A stretch of 64,000 nt of DNA, taken from assembly GCA_028708605.1 (NCBI GenBank), contig JAQVYS010000001.1, forward strand, positions 10,928-74,927. The letters are read 5' to 3'. This document shows positions 1-10,255 of this stretch, piece by piece (within the stretch, counting starts at the first letter, position 1; each line of letters opens with the position of its first letter). Source of the stretch: Bacillota bacterium (GTDB lineage: Bacteria; Bacillota; DTU065). Made by a program: the position numbers and the translations under genes. Under the pieces are notes generated by a model. The model made no database searches. It was not told where the DNA came from and worked only from the letters and a program-made list of their open reading frames with translations.

Positions 1-251
1 TTACACTTTATACCTTAGGTGAATTTGGTGATAAGACTCAAATAACCTGCATTATTCTAGCTAGCCAAAACGGAAGCTTCATCGGTACTTTTTTAGGTGC
101 CGTTTTGGCGATGATACTTGCGAATTTAATCAGTCTTGATCTTGGAAGATTTGTGAGCACACAACTCTCTACTAAAACTATTCGCATCATAGCTGCTGTT
201 ATGTATATTAGCTTTGGTATATTTAGCCTATTGGAGTTAATTAGGCATTAG
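1..251 (+). CDS. Partial CDS, 3' end only. C-terminal half of a UPF0016/GDT1 (TMEM165-like) family membrane protein, a putative Ca2+/Mn2+:H+ antiporter.
   Basis: Frame-3 translation ends LLELIRH* with the stop at 249-251. It contains the E-x-G-D-K-T signature (EFGDKTQ) in a hydrophobic segment. The ORF is open to the window edge. Confidence 0.5.
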   Translation, partial: TLYTLGEFGDKTQITCIILASQNGSFIGTFLGAVLAMILANLISLDLGRFVSTQLSTKTIRIIAAVMYISFGIFSLLELIRH

Positions 252-357
252 ATAGATCAAAAAATAGAACTCACTAAAAAAGGCTCGTCTAAAAGGGCGA
301 CCCCCAAAAGTTAGAACAAAAGTCTAACAGATTGGAGGTCACTCATAGCGGCCTTTT

Positions 358-2214
358 TTAATAATTTCTTGTAGCTGCAACTTCCTCTAGGATCTTATCA
401 AAATCTGCGGAGTAACTTGGAACAATCTTCTTTAGCCTTTCACGCATCACAGTATGGTTTCCTAGTTCTAAGGTGTTTTTTAAATCCTCAAGTTGGTTAA
501 GTAGGTCTTCTACATTGACTGTTTCTAAGTGAGCACGAAAAACTTTACTATGGTTAGTTGGATAGGAATTCTCTTTATCAGCAAAGAGTTCCTCAAACAA
601 CTTTTCTCCAGGTCTTAAACCTACATATTCAATATCGATATCTTCTCCAACCTTATAACCAGATAGCTCTATCATCGCTGTTGCTAGATCAACTATTTTA
701 ACAGGTTCACCCATATCTAGAACATAAACTTCACCTTGATCTGCGTTTATACCTGCCTGAAGAACCAATTGACAAGCTTCTGGGATGGTCATAAAATACC
801 GTTTAATCTCAGGATGCGTTACAGTTACAGGGCCTCCATTTGCTATTTGCTGTTTAAACAGAGGCACTACACTACCATTACTGCCCAAAACATTACCAAA
901 ACGAACTGCTGTAAAAATTGTAGAGCTCTTTTGCCCAAGTGACTGAATGATTTTCTCTGCAGCACGCTTTGTCGCTCCCATAACATTAGTTGGATTTACA
1001 GCTTTATCAGTCGAAATAAGCACAAACCTTTTTGCGTTAGACTCCGAGGCTTGTAACGCTACATTGAGTGTGCCAAAAACGTTGTTTTTTACAGCCTCTC
1101 CAGGATTGTACTCCATCATTGGTACATGTTTATGTGCTGCAGCATGGAAAACGATACTAGGCTTGGTCTCTTCAAAGACCTCTCTTAACCTTTCTCGTTC
1201 CCTAATATTTGCTATCACACACCTATAAAGCTGATTTGGGAACTTCCTTGCTAACTCTAAATGCATGTCATGAAGTCCATTTTCATTGATATCTAATAAA
1301 ACTATCTCTTTGGGCTTAAATTTACAGATCTGCCGAACAAGCTCAGAACCTATTGAGCCTGCGGCTCCCGTCACTAATACAACCTTATCTGTAAGGTCAG
1401 AAGCAATAATATCGATGTCAATTTTAATAAGGTCTCTACGCAGAAGGTCATCAATATTTACATCACGCAGAGTACTTACTTGTACAGAGCCGTCTAAGAT
1501 CTCATACACACCTGGAAAAATCTTGAGCTTTAGTCTATGCTGTTTAGCAATATCATTAACTTGTCTCACTAACGCTCCTGAGCTACTAGGAATCGCGAAA
1601 ATTACCTGTTCAATATTGTAATTATCTATAATAGTGCCTAGATCATCGACCGTTCCCAATACTGGTGTATTATGAATGGTTCGATTTAGTTTAGTCACGT
1701 CATCGTCTACAAAGCCTATTACATTTGCTCTTAAATCCGTGTGTTTTTCAATTTCTAAACGAACTAATATACCTGCTTGGCCGGCACCTACAATAATTGT
1801 CTTTAGCTTATCTTTCGGGTCTGTATGTTTTTTTAAGGACTTAGTGCTAGTCCAAATCTTAAAGACAACCCTTGAACCGCATAAAGCACATAAAAAAATC
1901 GCTAGGCTAGTGAAAGCAAATCTTAGCCCAAGATCTCTAAAGATGAAATATGTAATAATGTGGCTTACTAGTACTACAACTGCCATCTTCCAAATGTCCA
2001 CAAAGTCAAGGTGCCTATAGATGACCCGATATAATCTAAATATATAAGCTACCACAACCACTACTAGTGGAACTAAAAACAGGACTGGCACTGTTAGTGG
2101 TGCCTTTGTAATAGTTAATGCTAAATACGCACTAACTAAGCCGAAAACATAGTCAATTAACATTAATAACCATACTTTCCGTTGTGTCTCCATGCTACTA
2201 CCCCCTCTACCCAT
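358..2214 (-). CDS. Membrane-anchored polysaccharide biosynthesis protein of the CapD/WbpM/PglF type, an NDP-sugar 4,6-dehydratase/epimerase.
   Basis: 618 aa. The N-terminus carries four predicted TM helices. Two Rossmann regions follow, including VTGAAGSIGSEL and the short-chain dehydratase core, which is the typical CapD architecture. Confidence 0.85.
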   Translation of the reverse strand: MGRGGSSMETQRKVWLLMLIDYVFGLVSAYLALTITKAPLTVPVLFLVPLVVVVVAYIFRLYRVIYRHLDFVDIWKMAVVVLVSHIITYFIFRDLGLRFAFTSLAIFLCALCGSRVVFKIWTSTKSLKKHTDPKDKLKTIIVGAGQAGILVRLEIEKHTDLRANVIGFVDDDVTKLNRTIHNTPVLGTVDDLGTIIDNYNIEQVIFAIPSSSGALVRQVNDIAKQHRLKLKIFPGVYEILDGSVQVSTLRDVNIDDLLRRDLIKIDIDIIASDLTDKVVLVTGAAGSIGSELVRQICKFKPKEIVLLDINENGLHDMHLELARKFPNQLYRCVIANIRERERLREVFEETKPSIVFHAAAHKHVPMMEYNPGEAVKNNVFGTLNVALQASESNAKRFVLISTDKAVNPTNVMGATKRAAEKIIQSLGQKSSTIFTAVRFGNVLGSNGSVVPLFKQQIANGGPVTVTHPEIKRYFMTIPEACQLVLQAGINADQGEVYVLDMGEPVKIVDLATAMIELSGYKVGEDIDIEYVGLRPGEKLFEELFADKENSYPTNHSKVFRAHLETVNVEDLLNQLEDLKNTLELGNHTVMRERLKKIVPSYSADFDKILEEVAATRNY

Positions 2215-2388
2215 ACTAAAGTACCATTACACTAACAACATTGATTATTTCTACCATTTGGGAGATTTAACCTGCCGCTTGTAATTTAATTATATTTTGC
2301 GAACATTATAGCAACTGTTTTTCTTGTTTTAAAATGGTAATATAGATTGCATATTTTTATAAAGGAGGAAGGAATTCCTCCTTTTTTT

Positions 2389-5300
2389 TTACAGATCTAA
2401 TCTTCCTATAAAAGTTTTTACTTTATAAGGGCCAAAAATCATATTTGTGCCCTCTTTGTTCTTCGAATTTTCCAACAGATCAGTCTCGTCAATCAGTTTA
2501 AGGCCAGAATTTACTTTTAATACCTCTCTTCTTCCGAGAGATTCAAAGAATCTAAAGATATAGTCATTAGACTTTTCAGCAAGCTTAATTGTGTCTAAAA
2601 AGACGCCCTGAGACTTTAACTCTATAAACGAATGCTTCTTTGGCAGAGGTCTTATACCATTTGCCTTCGAAGTAGGTATCTCTTTTACAAGGGACTCTAG
2701 ATTCAAGTCGTATGCTTCTTTTATTGTCTTCTGGCACGACACGTCTTCATGCAACAGGACTGAATAGGTGAATTCGTGGCTACCATTGTCAGCATCTTTG
2801 TCCGGATAAGTTGGAGCTCTTAAGAGACTAAGTCCTAAAGTTTGGTCACCAACGTTATACCCATATTTACAGTCATTTAATAACGAAACGCCGTGACTGC
2901 CATCTGAAAGATCTGCCCATTTATGAGCGGAAACCTCATACTGCGCCCTTTCCCATGTGGTATTTTGAAAGGTTGGTCTCTGATACTTACCAAAAGCTAC
3001 ATCAAAGGTAGCATATCTGGATCTAATTTTTGTATCAAAGATGGTCTTTAGAAGGACGTGTTTTTCTTGCCAATCTACCTTAGTTTTAAAATCCACTCTC
3101 TTGCTTTTCTGATACAAGGCAATCTCTTGAGTTATTGTAGATTGGTTTACCTTCCAAGAGGCCTCAAAAGACGTACAAATAGGACCGTTTTCTTTTAACT
3201 TAAACGAAATAAGCTTTTCTGGCTCAAAGCTTACTTCTGCATAGTCTGCATCTATCTCCCATGCGTCCCAAACTAGTGGCCGATCATCAAAAAACTGCAG
3301 ATGATGTTTAGAGTTTTTAATAACAACCTCATCAATTTCAAGGTCTTTGATTTCTGTTACGTTGCCAAATTCACCAAAAGACACTGAAACTAAACCGTTG
3401 TCAAACTCTGCTTCGCTTACTGTAAAAGAGGAAGGCTTCACTTGAGATTTTCGATTTATGACCATATCAATTGTTGTATATCCCATCTCTGGTAGATCAA
3501 CTTCGACAAGAGTATTGCCATCTTTTAATCTTTGCGACAGTAAAACCTTACCTTTATGATCAATAAAGCTTGCATTTTTAGGTAGACCGGCAATTTTTAT
3601 CAAAGTTTTTCTTGCAAATGATACAGTATTAAATACAACAAACCTCTTTTTAACATCTAAATCAATATTATCCATGGTGTTATCGTTTTTAACTACTTCA
3701 ATATTCTTAGCCAGATCCTCTAGAACCTTATCTTTAAGTTTATTTAAGTCTCTATCGACTTCTAGGTAGTCTTTTTCGCTCTTCTCATAAACCTCTCTAA
3801 TACTGCTTCCAGGCAGGATATCATGCATTTGGTTTTTCAAAATAACTTTCCAAGCCTCTTCGATCTCTGTCTTTGGGTATTCGCTACCAATAGCATGAGA
3901 GAACGCAGATAGAATCTCTACATCTCGCACTTTAAACTCCAATTTGCGATTCCATTTTTTATTGCGTGCTTGCGATGTTGTTGTTCCTCTGTGCAATTCA
4001 AGATACAACTCCCCGTCCCAGGTGTGTTTAATGGGCTTTCCGATGATATTGTCTTGAACATAAGAGTCAATATCTCCAAACTCAACCTCCGGCAGAGCAG
4101 GTAGCTTTGACAATAAGCGGCCTTTATTCATTTGTTCGATTGTAACTCCTCCGCCACCATCTCCATAACCAATCAGATGAGCTACTACAGGTAAGATAGT
4201 AGTCCTTTTGGAGTTTTCCATAGCCTGTATCACATCGGGGGCTGTAACATCCTCATTTAGAGCCTTAGGAATAAATACAGGTATTGAAGTGCCATCAATG
4301 CCGCGCCAGTTAAAAACGCAATCCGGCATCTTATTGGTATCATTCCAACCGGTCTTTATAGTCATAAAAGCTTTTGTTCCAGAATCAACAAACAACTGAG
4401 GTAGGCTAGGACTAAAACCAAAGACATCAGGGAGCCACTCAACAGTCGGTACACAACCAAATTCTTCTTTAAAAAACTTCTTACCATAGAGAAGCTGTCT
4501 TACAAAAGCTTCTCCTGAAGGCATATTGCAGTCTGGTTCAACCCACATTCCACCGACTAGCTTAAACTTACCACTTCTAACAGCTTTTTTAATCTCAGTA
4601 TAAAGTTTAGGATAATAGGTCTTGGCGTGAGAAAAAAGCTGAGGCTGGCTCTGGTGATAGATAAACTCGTCGTAAAGCTCACCTAGCCTCAATGCCGTTG
4701 AAAATGTCCGCGAAATTTTTCTTACCGTTTCCTTTTCTGGCCATAGCCATGCTAAATCTATATGACTCTGTGGTATCAAAACAAGCTTACCTGGTAGTTT
4801 ATTGTGCTCGTATTTTCTAAGCTTGGTATCTAGTGTTGCGAGCGCTTCTTTTACTGCTCCATCAAAATCAGATGCGCTGCTAAATGAAACTAGTATTTTG
4901 GTAAACACCTCTTCAAAAGCGTTAGCGATTATGGGATCCGACTTCTCCGCAAGCTTTACTGCTTCTAAAGCTAGATTTGTTAAGAGATCTAGGTCTTTGT
5001 TTACAAAGATAACATGAGCCCTCAATAGAACCTTGGGGGTATCAGACTTGTTAAACGCTTCTATCTTGTACTCGTGAACCCCCTTCGGTATAGGAATAAG
5101 GCGGTGATTTTCATCTAAACCAGCATATGGAACGCCATCTACAAATAAACATGCTTCGCTACCTAAAGAGATATCGAACCAATGATCTTCTTGCCAGAAA
5201 TCACCATTAAAACTTAGAAAGGCAGTTTCAGTAGGCTTTGCCCAGACTTCACCAATTGTAATATCAGAGGACTCTTTTTGATCTTTATATACTCCTGGAC

Positions 5301-5406
5301 TTTCATAGATACTTGTAGTTCTTCGCATTTTGGGTAGTGGTGTAATATCTAAAAAAGCTTGTCTGCGAAACTCTTCAAATCTTCGCTTGATAACATTTAA
5401 GCGCAT
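2389..5406 (-). CDS. GH38 family alpha-mannosidase.
   Basis: 1005 aa. Motifs LIPQSHIDLAWLWP and GGMWVEPDCNMPSGEA match the GH38 metal-binding and catalytic regions. A long C-terminal beta-rich region is typical of bacterial GH38 enzymes. Confidence 0.85.
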   Translation of the reverse strand: MRLNVIKRRFEEFRRQAFLDITPLPKMRRTTSIYESPGVYKDQKESSDITIGEVWAKPTETAFLSFNGDFWQEDHWFDISLGSEACLFVDGVPYAGLDENHRLIPIPKGVHEYKIEAFNKSDTPKVLLRAHVIFVNKDLDLLTNLALEAVKLAEKSDPIIANAFEEVFTKILVSFSSASDFDGAVKEALATLDTKLRKYEHNKLPGKLVLIPQSHIDLAWLWPEKETVRKISRTFSTALRLGELYDEFIYHQSQPQLFSHAKTYYPKLYTEIKKAVRSGKFKLVGGMWVEPDCNMPSGEAFVRQLLYGKKFFKEEFGCVPTVEWLPDVFGFSPSLPQLFVDSGTKAFMTIKTGWNDTNKMPDCVFNWRGIDGTSIPVFIPKALNEDVTAPDVIQAMENSKRTTILPVVAHLIGYGDGGGGVTIEQMNKGRLLSKLPALPEVEFGDIDSYVQDNIIGKPIKHTWDGELYLELHRGTTTSQARNKKWNRKLEFKVRDVEILSAFSHAIGSEYPKTEIEEAWKVILKNQMHDILPGSSIREVYEKSEKDYLEVDRDLNKLKDKVLEDLAKNIEVVKNDNTMDNIDLDVKKRFVVFNTVSFARKTLIKIAGLPKNASFIDHKGKVLLSQRLKDGNTLVEVDLPEMGYTTIDMVINRKSQVKPSSFTVSEAEFDNGLVSVSFGEFGNVTEIKDLEIDEVVIKNSKHHLQFFDDRPLVWDAWEIDADYAEVSFEPEKLISFKLKENGPICTSFEASWKVNQSTITQEIALYQKSKRVDFKTKVDWQEKHVLLKTIFDTKIRSRYATFDVAFGKYQRPTFQNTTWERAQYEVSAHKWADLSDGSHGVSLLNDCKYGYNVGDQTLGLSLLRAPTYPDKDADNGSHEFTYSVLLHEDVSCQKTIKEAYDLNLESLVKEIPTSKANGIRPLPKKHSFIELKSQGVFLDTIKLAEKSNDYIFRFFESLGRREVLKVNSGLKLIDETDLLENSKNKEGTNMIFGPYKVKTFIGRLDL

Positions 5407-5470
5407 TTTTTTGCCCCTTTCATGCTGAGGCCTTTGATCGAAGTTTAGCTATCTGGCTAAAGGCCAATTG

Positions 5471-5968
5471 TTAAATTGCAGGAGTTATTAATAGAGTAAT
5501 ATCTGTTTTATAGATGCTACCCTCTGCTAATGCCATATCGCTTGGGAAAGAGAGAACCTGTTGATATTTCAAATCATAAACATCCTCGGCTCCTGATATT
5601 TCCTTTTGCTCTGCAAGAACCATCGAATTCTCCAAAGTCAGCCAATTGACTCCTCCGTCGATACTGACTTTGAGAGCTTCCTTCAAACATGCGTCGCCGT
5701 AAACACCCGAGGATGTTACAAATTCTTTGAGATAGATGTTCTCTGTATGGAGTTCTATTCTATAAGCAATATTTGAACTCACTTTTAACGCCATAGTTGG
5801 CGTCTCATTCGCACCAACAGAGAGTTTGCCAAAATATAGCTCTGTATCTGGCCAACTCACCTGAAGCATAGGTTCGATCTGCGCCATCACCTGCTGACTA
5901 AATGACTCAGCCTGTACACCTACAACAACACACAACAAAACTACCAACAACAAACACCTTTTTGACAT
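5471..5968 (-). CDS. Small secreted protein of unknown function. It is the third gene of the secreted operon that starts at 9929.
   Basis: 165 aa. N-terminal signal peptide MSKRCLLLVVLLCVVVGVQA. The body looks beta-rich and ends with alternating hydrophobic residues. Only a 53-nt gap separates it from the upstream 1059-aa gene. Confidence 0.5.
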   Translation of the reverse strand: MSKRCLLLVVLLCVVVGVQAESFSQQVMAQIEPMLQVSWPDTELYFGKLSVGANETPTMALKVSSNIAYRIELHTENIYLKEFVTSSGVYGDACLKEALKVSIDGGVNWLTLENSMVLAEQKEISGAEDVYDLKYQQVLSFPSDMALAEGSIYKTDITLLITPAI

Positions 5969-6021
5969 CTAACAACTCATCCTTTCTAGAGATAAATGCC
6001 GGTTTTGATTTCCACTGGATC

Positions 6022-9000
6022 CTACTTACTACTTTTCCCAAGCGGAATTAAATAGGTAAGATAGATCCCAGTGTCTTGTTCGCTAAGTCGCGTCTCTAGT
6101 TGAAAGTTGTCAGTCTTGAATCTGTAGAAACCTTGTAACCGGAAATTGTCTTTCAAACCTAAATGATATATCCCTTCTACTCCAAGTTGGCTCCATTTAG
6201 AGAGAGCAACATCCAATTCTGCTGCTGCAATTACTACATCGGTTTCAAGATTACCTGTAACAGCCAGTTTTATTGCTGTTTTAGAAAGTGGTAGATGGTA
6301 TTCGGTTTTTATATCATCATCGTTAACGGCAACAAATAACAAACTGTTTTTTGGAAGAACTGTCACCCCAAGTGTCTTTTTTAAATTGGCTTTCTCATTA
6401 CATAAAGAGATCTTAGTCCAAACCGACTTCGTATCATAAACTAGTTCGAGAAGGGAGAATTCAGGACTTATGTGCTCCCATTCGGCACTTACAGTTAAAG
6501 GAACCTTGTTATGAGCAAGGCTTACGGCAATCTTAGGTTTTCCCTCCCTAGGATTTCTCCAAACCCCTTCTACGTATCCGGAAAACCCTAAGATTTTATA
6601 CATCATCCTCGTCGAAAAAGTATCTATCTTCTTACCATTAAATCCTTCCCTACTTGCACTGAAAACAAGATTTTTAGGCCACTTTATTGACCCTGAATAG
6701 AAAAAGTATTCACTATTAAAATTGGTAAAGTCACCTTTTTCCATCGTGAGCTTCTGTTTTATCATTGCTCGTACCAGACGGTTTTCAAAATCAAAGGTAA
6801 ACTCGCCTCGGTTTGAGTTTTGCCCCTTGCTCACCAATATATAAAGATTGCTGTCCCAAGTGCCATCATAATCTAACTGGTAACTAAGGCTAGTTTCTTT
6901 AGCGTTAAAAAGTCGCACCTTATGGTTTGTTGTTAGAGTTCTAAGCAGAGCTGTAGCATCTTGACTGTACCTTCCCAAACTCCCCTTTAGACTCAAATTA
7001 CGGTACTTTAGATTGCCCATAAGTCCCTGATCTTCTAAATGCCGATAAAGATAAATACCATTTTCCTTTTCCTTAAATCCTATGTGCCCTCCACCAAAAA
7101 ACTTGTCGCTTTTTTGACCAGTTTCGCAAAGATAGGAGACTATTAGATAGTTATTTAACCCTAATTGATCTTCTTGCACTAAAGGCCTTTTCAGTTTAAC
7201 TGATTTTTTATCGACATAAAAATCCAGGCTATAGGTTTTAATAACCTGATTATAGCTGTTTCTTGATTCTACAAAAACCCTTACACTACCCTCTTTTGGT
7301 AGCGAGGTTAGGACAAAAGGCCCCGTTGTGCCATCAGCTAAAAACTCATCTTCTTTTTTTGTCTCAAGATAAAAGCCACCAGTGAGTTTGCACTGCAGAC
7401 CATCTTCAGGAGCAAGATCGAGCTCTGCACCTACCAAAGCTATAGAGGCGTAGGTTTCTCTAAGAGGCGAAGCAGAATAAACTGTACCTGCTCCGATTTT
7501 GAAATCGCCAACTTCATAACTAAACTGCCAGGGAGTTTTGTCTAAAATCGAGCTTTTAGTCGCCCATGTGGGGTAAGGGGTATAAGAATAGCCTTTAGGT
7601 AAAATATACGGATAGATAAATGCTAGCTTAAGCTTGTCTGTATCATAAAAACCTTTGACTCCAAAGTCTAGCTCGCCTGTAGCAGCAAGGTTTGCTTTAA
7701 ATTCCAAAAGTCCAAACTTTTTATTTCTACCACCTTGCAATTTAATGCGCTCTGAATACTTTGAAACGTTGAGAATATGCGGCTGATTACCTATCAAAAG
7801 GCCATAGCTGTCAGGCTCTAACTGTAAACTAAAGAAATTTTCGTCTGGGTCTATAAACGACCCATCTGCTAAATAGAAGCCTTCTGATGCTTCGCCAATT
7901 AAAATTCCTGGTTCGCTAAAAAGCCCTTGTGTCACTTTTAAGATGCAGGTTTTTTCTATTTCAATAGGCGTATCATCTTTTGTGTAGGCACTAACCCTTA
8001 TTTTAATTGGATAGGTGCCCTCTTTTACCGAAGGAAGCACTACAAGATCTGCATCTATCTCTATTTCTTCTTTGCTCTCTAATACCTCTTTAAAACTGCT
8101 TTTCCTGACGGTTTGCCCATTTTCAGACCACACTACACCTTCAGGCAGTGTCATTTCTATCCTAATATCCTTAATGTTTCCAACAGATAGATTACATAAA
8201 TCAAGAGAAAGCGTGCCTCGGCTACCTTCTTTTATCGTCTCCGCAGAGATAGAAGCTTCTACCTTTAAGCCATCTATTGGGTTTAAGAAGATATCTCTGT
8301 TTATTACCTCTCCTGCCAGGACATTTACTCTTTCGCTAGCCTTGTGGCCATTTTGAGTACCAGCACATATACTATAAGATCCTTCTTGTAGCTGCACAGA
8401 GAAACTTTCCCCCGCAGCCCCAGCTTTCCGAGAAATCAGCTCGCCTACGTCATTGTAAATTTCGATAAATGGCTGATCATTCTTAGCTATGTTTCTAATA
8501 TTACCTTGTAAAACTCCCCATTTTGACATATCAACTAGCGTAAAAGAGCCTTTTGTTACAACGCTTTCTTTGCCCGTGACCTCATACCTGTACTCTCCAC
8601 TTGGCCAATTAGTACCATCTGCATATTTGGTATCTACACTGATCTCTCTACAATCATTAACAGCCTTATGAAAGAGGATTTCATCACCTTTATATATCTT
8701 GATATCAGCTTCTTTAAGCTTTTCGTTTGCAAAGATAATCCTAGCAACATCTCCTGGCTTAACGTCTTTAGGATTGCAAAACGAAGTGTAAAGACTGCCA
8801 GAATTTAGCATATACATAATTTCTGTTTCATAATTCTCAGCTACAAGCTTATCATCCCAATAAGGATCAAAACGGTACTCTAATGTCAAAGACGTAGGCC
8901 CGCTTCCAAAGTAAAGACACTGACTATACTCTTGGAGCTCGAGCCAGTTGCCATTATTTACTCGTATACTAATCCTCTCTGGTGGAAGAAAAATCTCATT

Positions 9001-9201
9001 GTTTTTGTAAACCGCTTTCAGACTCTTTGCTGAAACCTCTAAGTTCCAGGCAGTATCACTTTCTATATAAAGACTTACAGATTCATGCAACTCATTTGCA
9101 AAACTATTTGGGGCACCAGTTAAGTTTACAGCAAGCAACTTATTGTTTTCAGCAAAAGCTGGGGAAGCTAAAAGTATGAAAAGTATAAGCAGCAAAATCA
9201 T
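6022..9201 (-). CDS. Large secreted multidomain protein. The N-terminal half has Ig-like or CARDB-like beta-sandwich domains. The C-terminal half has an amphipathic beta-strand pattern consistent with an outer-membrane beta-barrel. Function unknown; possibly a usher-like or porin-like component.
   Basis: 1059 aa. Signal peptide MILLLILFILLASPAFA. Its start overlaps the stop of the upstream 243-aa gene (9198-9201). The C-terminal ~500 aa show alternating hydrophobic/polar residues and a C-terminal aromatic-rich segment. Confidence 0.55.
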   Translation of the reverse strand: MILLLILFILLASPAFAENNKLLAVNLTGAPNSFANELHESVSLYIESDTAWNLEVSAKSLKAVYKNNEIFLPPERISIRVNNGNWLELQEYSQCLYFGSGPTSLTLEYRFDPYWDDKLVAENYETEIMYMLNSGSLYTSFCNPKDVKPGDVARIIFANEKLKEADIKIYKGDEILFHKAVNDCREISVDTKYADGTNWPSGEYRYEVTGKESVVTKGSFTLVDMSKWGVLQGNIRNIAKNDQPFIEIYNDVGELISRKAGAAGESFSVQLQEGSYSICAGTQNGHKASERVNVLAGEVINRDIFLNPIDGLKVEASISAETIKEGSRGTLSLDLCNLSVGNIKDIRIEMTLPEGVVWSENGQTVRKSSFKEVLESKEEIEIDADLVVLPSVKEGTYPIKIRVSAYTKDDTPIEIEKTCILKVTQGLFSEPGILIGEASEGFYLADGSFIDPDENFFSLQLEPDSYGLLIGNQPHILNVSKYSERIKLQGGRNKKFGLLEFKANLAATGELDFGVKGFYDTDKLKLAFIYPYILPKGYSYTPYPTWATKSSILDKTPWQFSYEVGDFKIGAGTVYSASPLRETYASIALVGAELDLAPEDGLQCKLTGGFYLETKKEDEFLADGTTGPFVLTSLPKEGSVRVFVESRNSYNQVIKTYSLDFYVDKKSVKLKRPLVQEDQLGLNNYLIVSYLCETGQKSDKFFGGGHIGFKEKENGIYLYRHLEDQGLMGNLKYRNLSLKGSLGRYSQDATALLRTLTTNHKVRLFNAKETSLSYQLDYDGTWDSNLYILVSKGQNSNRGEFTFDFENRLVRAMIKQKLTMEKGDFTNFNSEYFFYSGSIKWPKNLVFSASREGFNGKKIDTFSTRMMYKILGFSGYVEGVWRNPREGKPKIAVSLAHNKVPLTVSAEWEHISPEFSLLELVYDTKSVWTKISLCNEKANLKKTLGVTVLPKNSLLFVAVNDDDIKTEYHLPLSKTAIKLAVTGNLETDVVIAAAELDVALSKWSQLGVEGIYHLGLKDNFRLQGFYRFKTDNFQLETRLSEQDTGIYLTYLIPLGKSSK

Positions 9202-9929
9202 TTTTGAAGCACGTACTCTACGACATCTGTAGCCAGATCAAGGCTAATATCGTAGACTAGATCCTCGTTTCCAATCTTTACCTCTAACTGCCCCGTTGTC
9301 TTAGATAAGTAAAGTGGAATTTGAATATTAAATACCCTTGTTACACCTGGTAAGACAATGCCTTGAGTAGAGTAGCTCCTAGATATTTCTCCGTTATCTA
9401 ACATACTCACTCTAAGCTCAGTTTTAAAATGCTCGAGACCGTTATTTTTGATCTTAATCTCAAAAAACGCATTTTCATCTTTCTGGCTAAACACCAACTC
9501 TTCTAACTCTCCCTCTACAGAGCTATCCCCTTTTTTTAATATAAAAGGCACTGCGATAGCTTGGGAGAAAACTTGGGTATCTGATGCTACTTGTCTAACT
9601 ACTGCCACTTCATAAAGTGACTCTTTAACGTTCTCTCTTTTTAATTTTACGCTCGCTTTTGATGCTGCTTCAACGACTATAGTGTGGCTTTTAGGCATAA
9701 GTTGAGCATTAAGATTTGGACTTGCTGAAATAACCCCATTAGCTTTTTGAGTTAATCCTAAAATTTCAACCTCAACTACCACATCGTCTTTTCCCTGATT
9801 GTAAATGTCCACTGTCAAAGTCTCGGGGAAGTCACCAGCAATTCCCTCAAATATTGCAGGTGAAATGATCAATGCGGCAGAACACTGAAGAGAAAGAAAG
9901 ACTACCACTAAAAGCAAAGTACGCTTCAC
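9198..9929 (-). CDS. Secreted protein with two Ig-like domains and a pattern like PapD-type periplasmic chaperones. First gene of the secreted operon.
   Basis: 243 aa with a GTG start. RBS AAAGGGGA lies 8 nt upstream. Signal peptide MKRTLLLVVVFLSLQCSA. The N-domain pattern ISPAIFE...LTVDIYNQG...VVVEV, an ESLY motif and a second beta-sandwich resemble pilus chaperones by eye. Confidence 0.45.
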   Translation of the reverse strand: MKRTLLLVVVFLSLQCSAALIISPAIFEGIAGDFPETLTVDIYNQGKDDVVVEVEILGLTQKANGVISASPNLNAQLMPKSHTIVVEAASKASVKLKRENVKESLYEVAVVRQVASDTQVFSQAIAVPFILKKGDSSVEGELEELVFSQKDENAFFEIKIKNNGLEHFKTELRVSMLDNGEISRSYSTQGIVLPGVTRVFNIQIPLYLSKTTGQLEVKIGNEDLVYDISLDLATDVVEYVLQK

Positions 9930-10255
9930 GAAAGCATCCCCTTTCTCCCGGAAAGAGTAAAGGGCCCCTATAAAAGAGCCCTCTCTCGATGCGCATCTAT
10001 GGTGTCCTGGCAGAACCGGGACTAATATGTACTGATTACTTTCTATAAATGTCCATTATCTCCTTCTTTTTAAGGGTTTATTTGTAAATCTTTTAACAGA
10101 ATCCAAGAGACGCTGTGATTCTAAGAATAAATTTCTGTTTTAACTCTATGCCAAGAATGATTTATCGTCGTGATGACGAATGATAATTAAAGGGGGAGTA
10201 ATTTCTTACTCTTAATGGAAAACCCTGCAAAAGTCGACTTAAGAGGAGGATAAGA

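Noticed and set aside
736-2020. Several 60-115-aa plus-strand ORFs inside the capD-like gene. Similar antisense ORFs lie inside GH38, dnaE, feoB, lysC, the ABC genes and others.
   Set aside because: They are antisense to long, well-supported CDS with clear domain signatures. The translations are low-complexity, and none has an RBS.
6022-9201. Calling the 1059-aa protein a bona fide fimbrial usher.
   Set aside because: The domain order (a long N-terminal Ig-like region before the putative barrel) does not match classical ushers (N-domain, barrel with plug, two C-domains). Only the generic outer-membrane-like or assembly-platform interpretation is kept.
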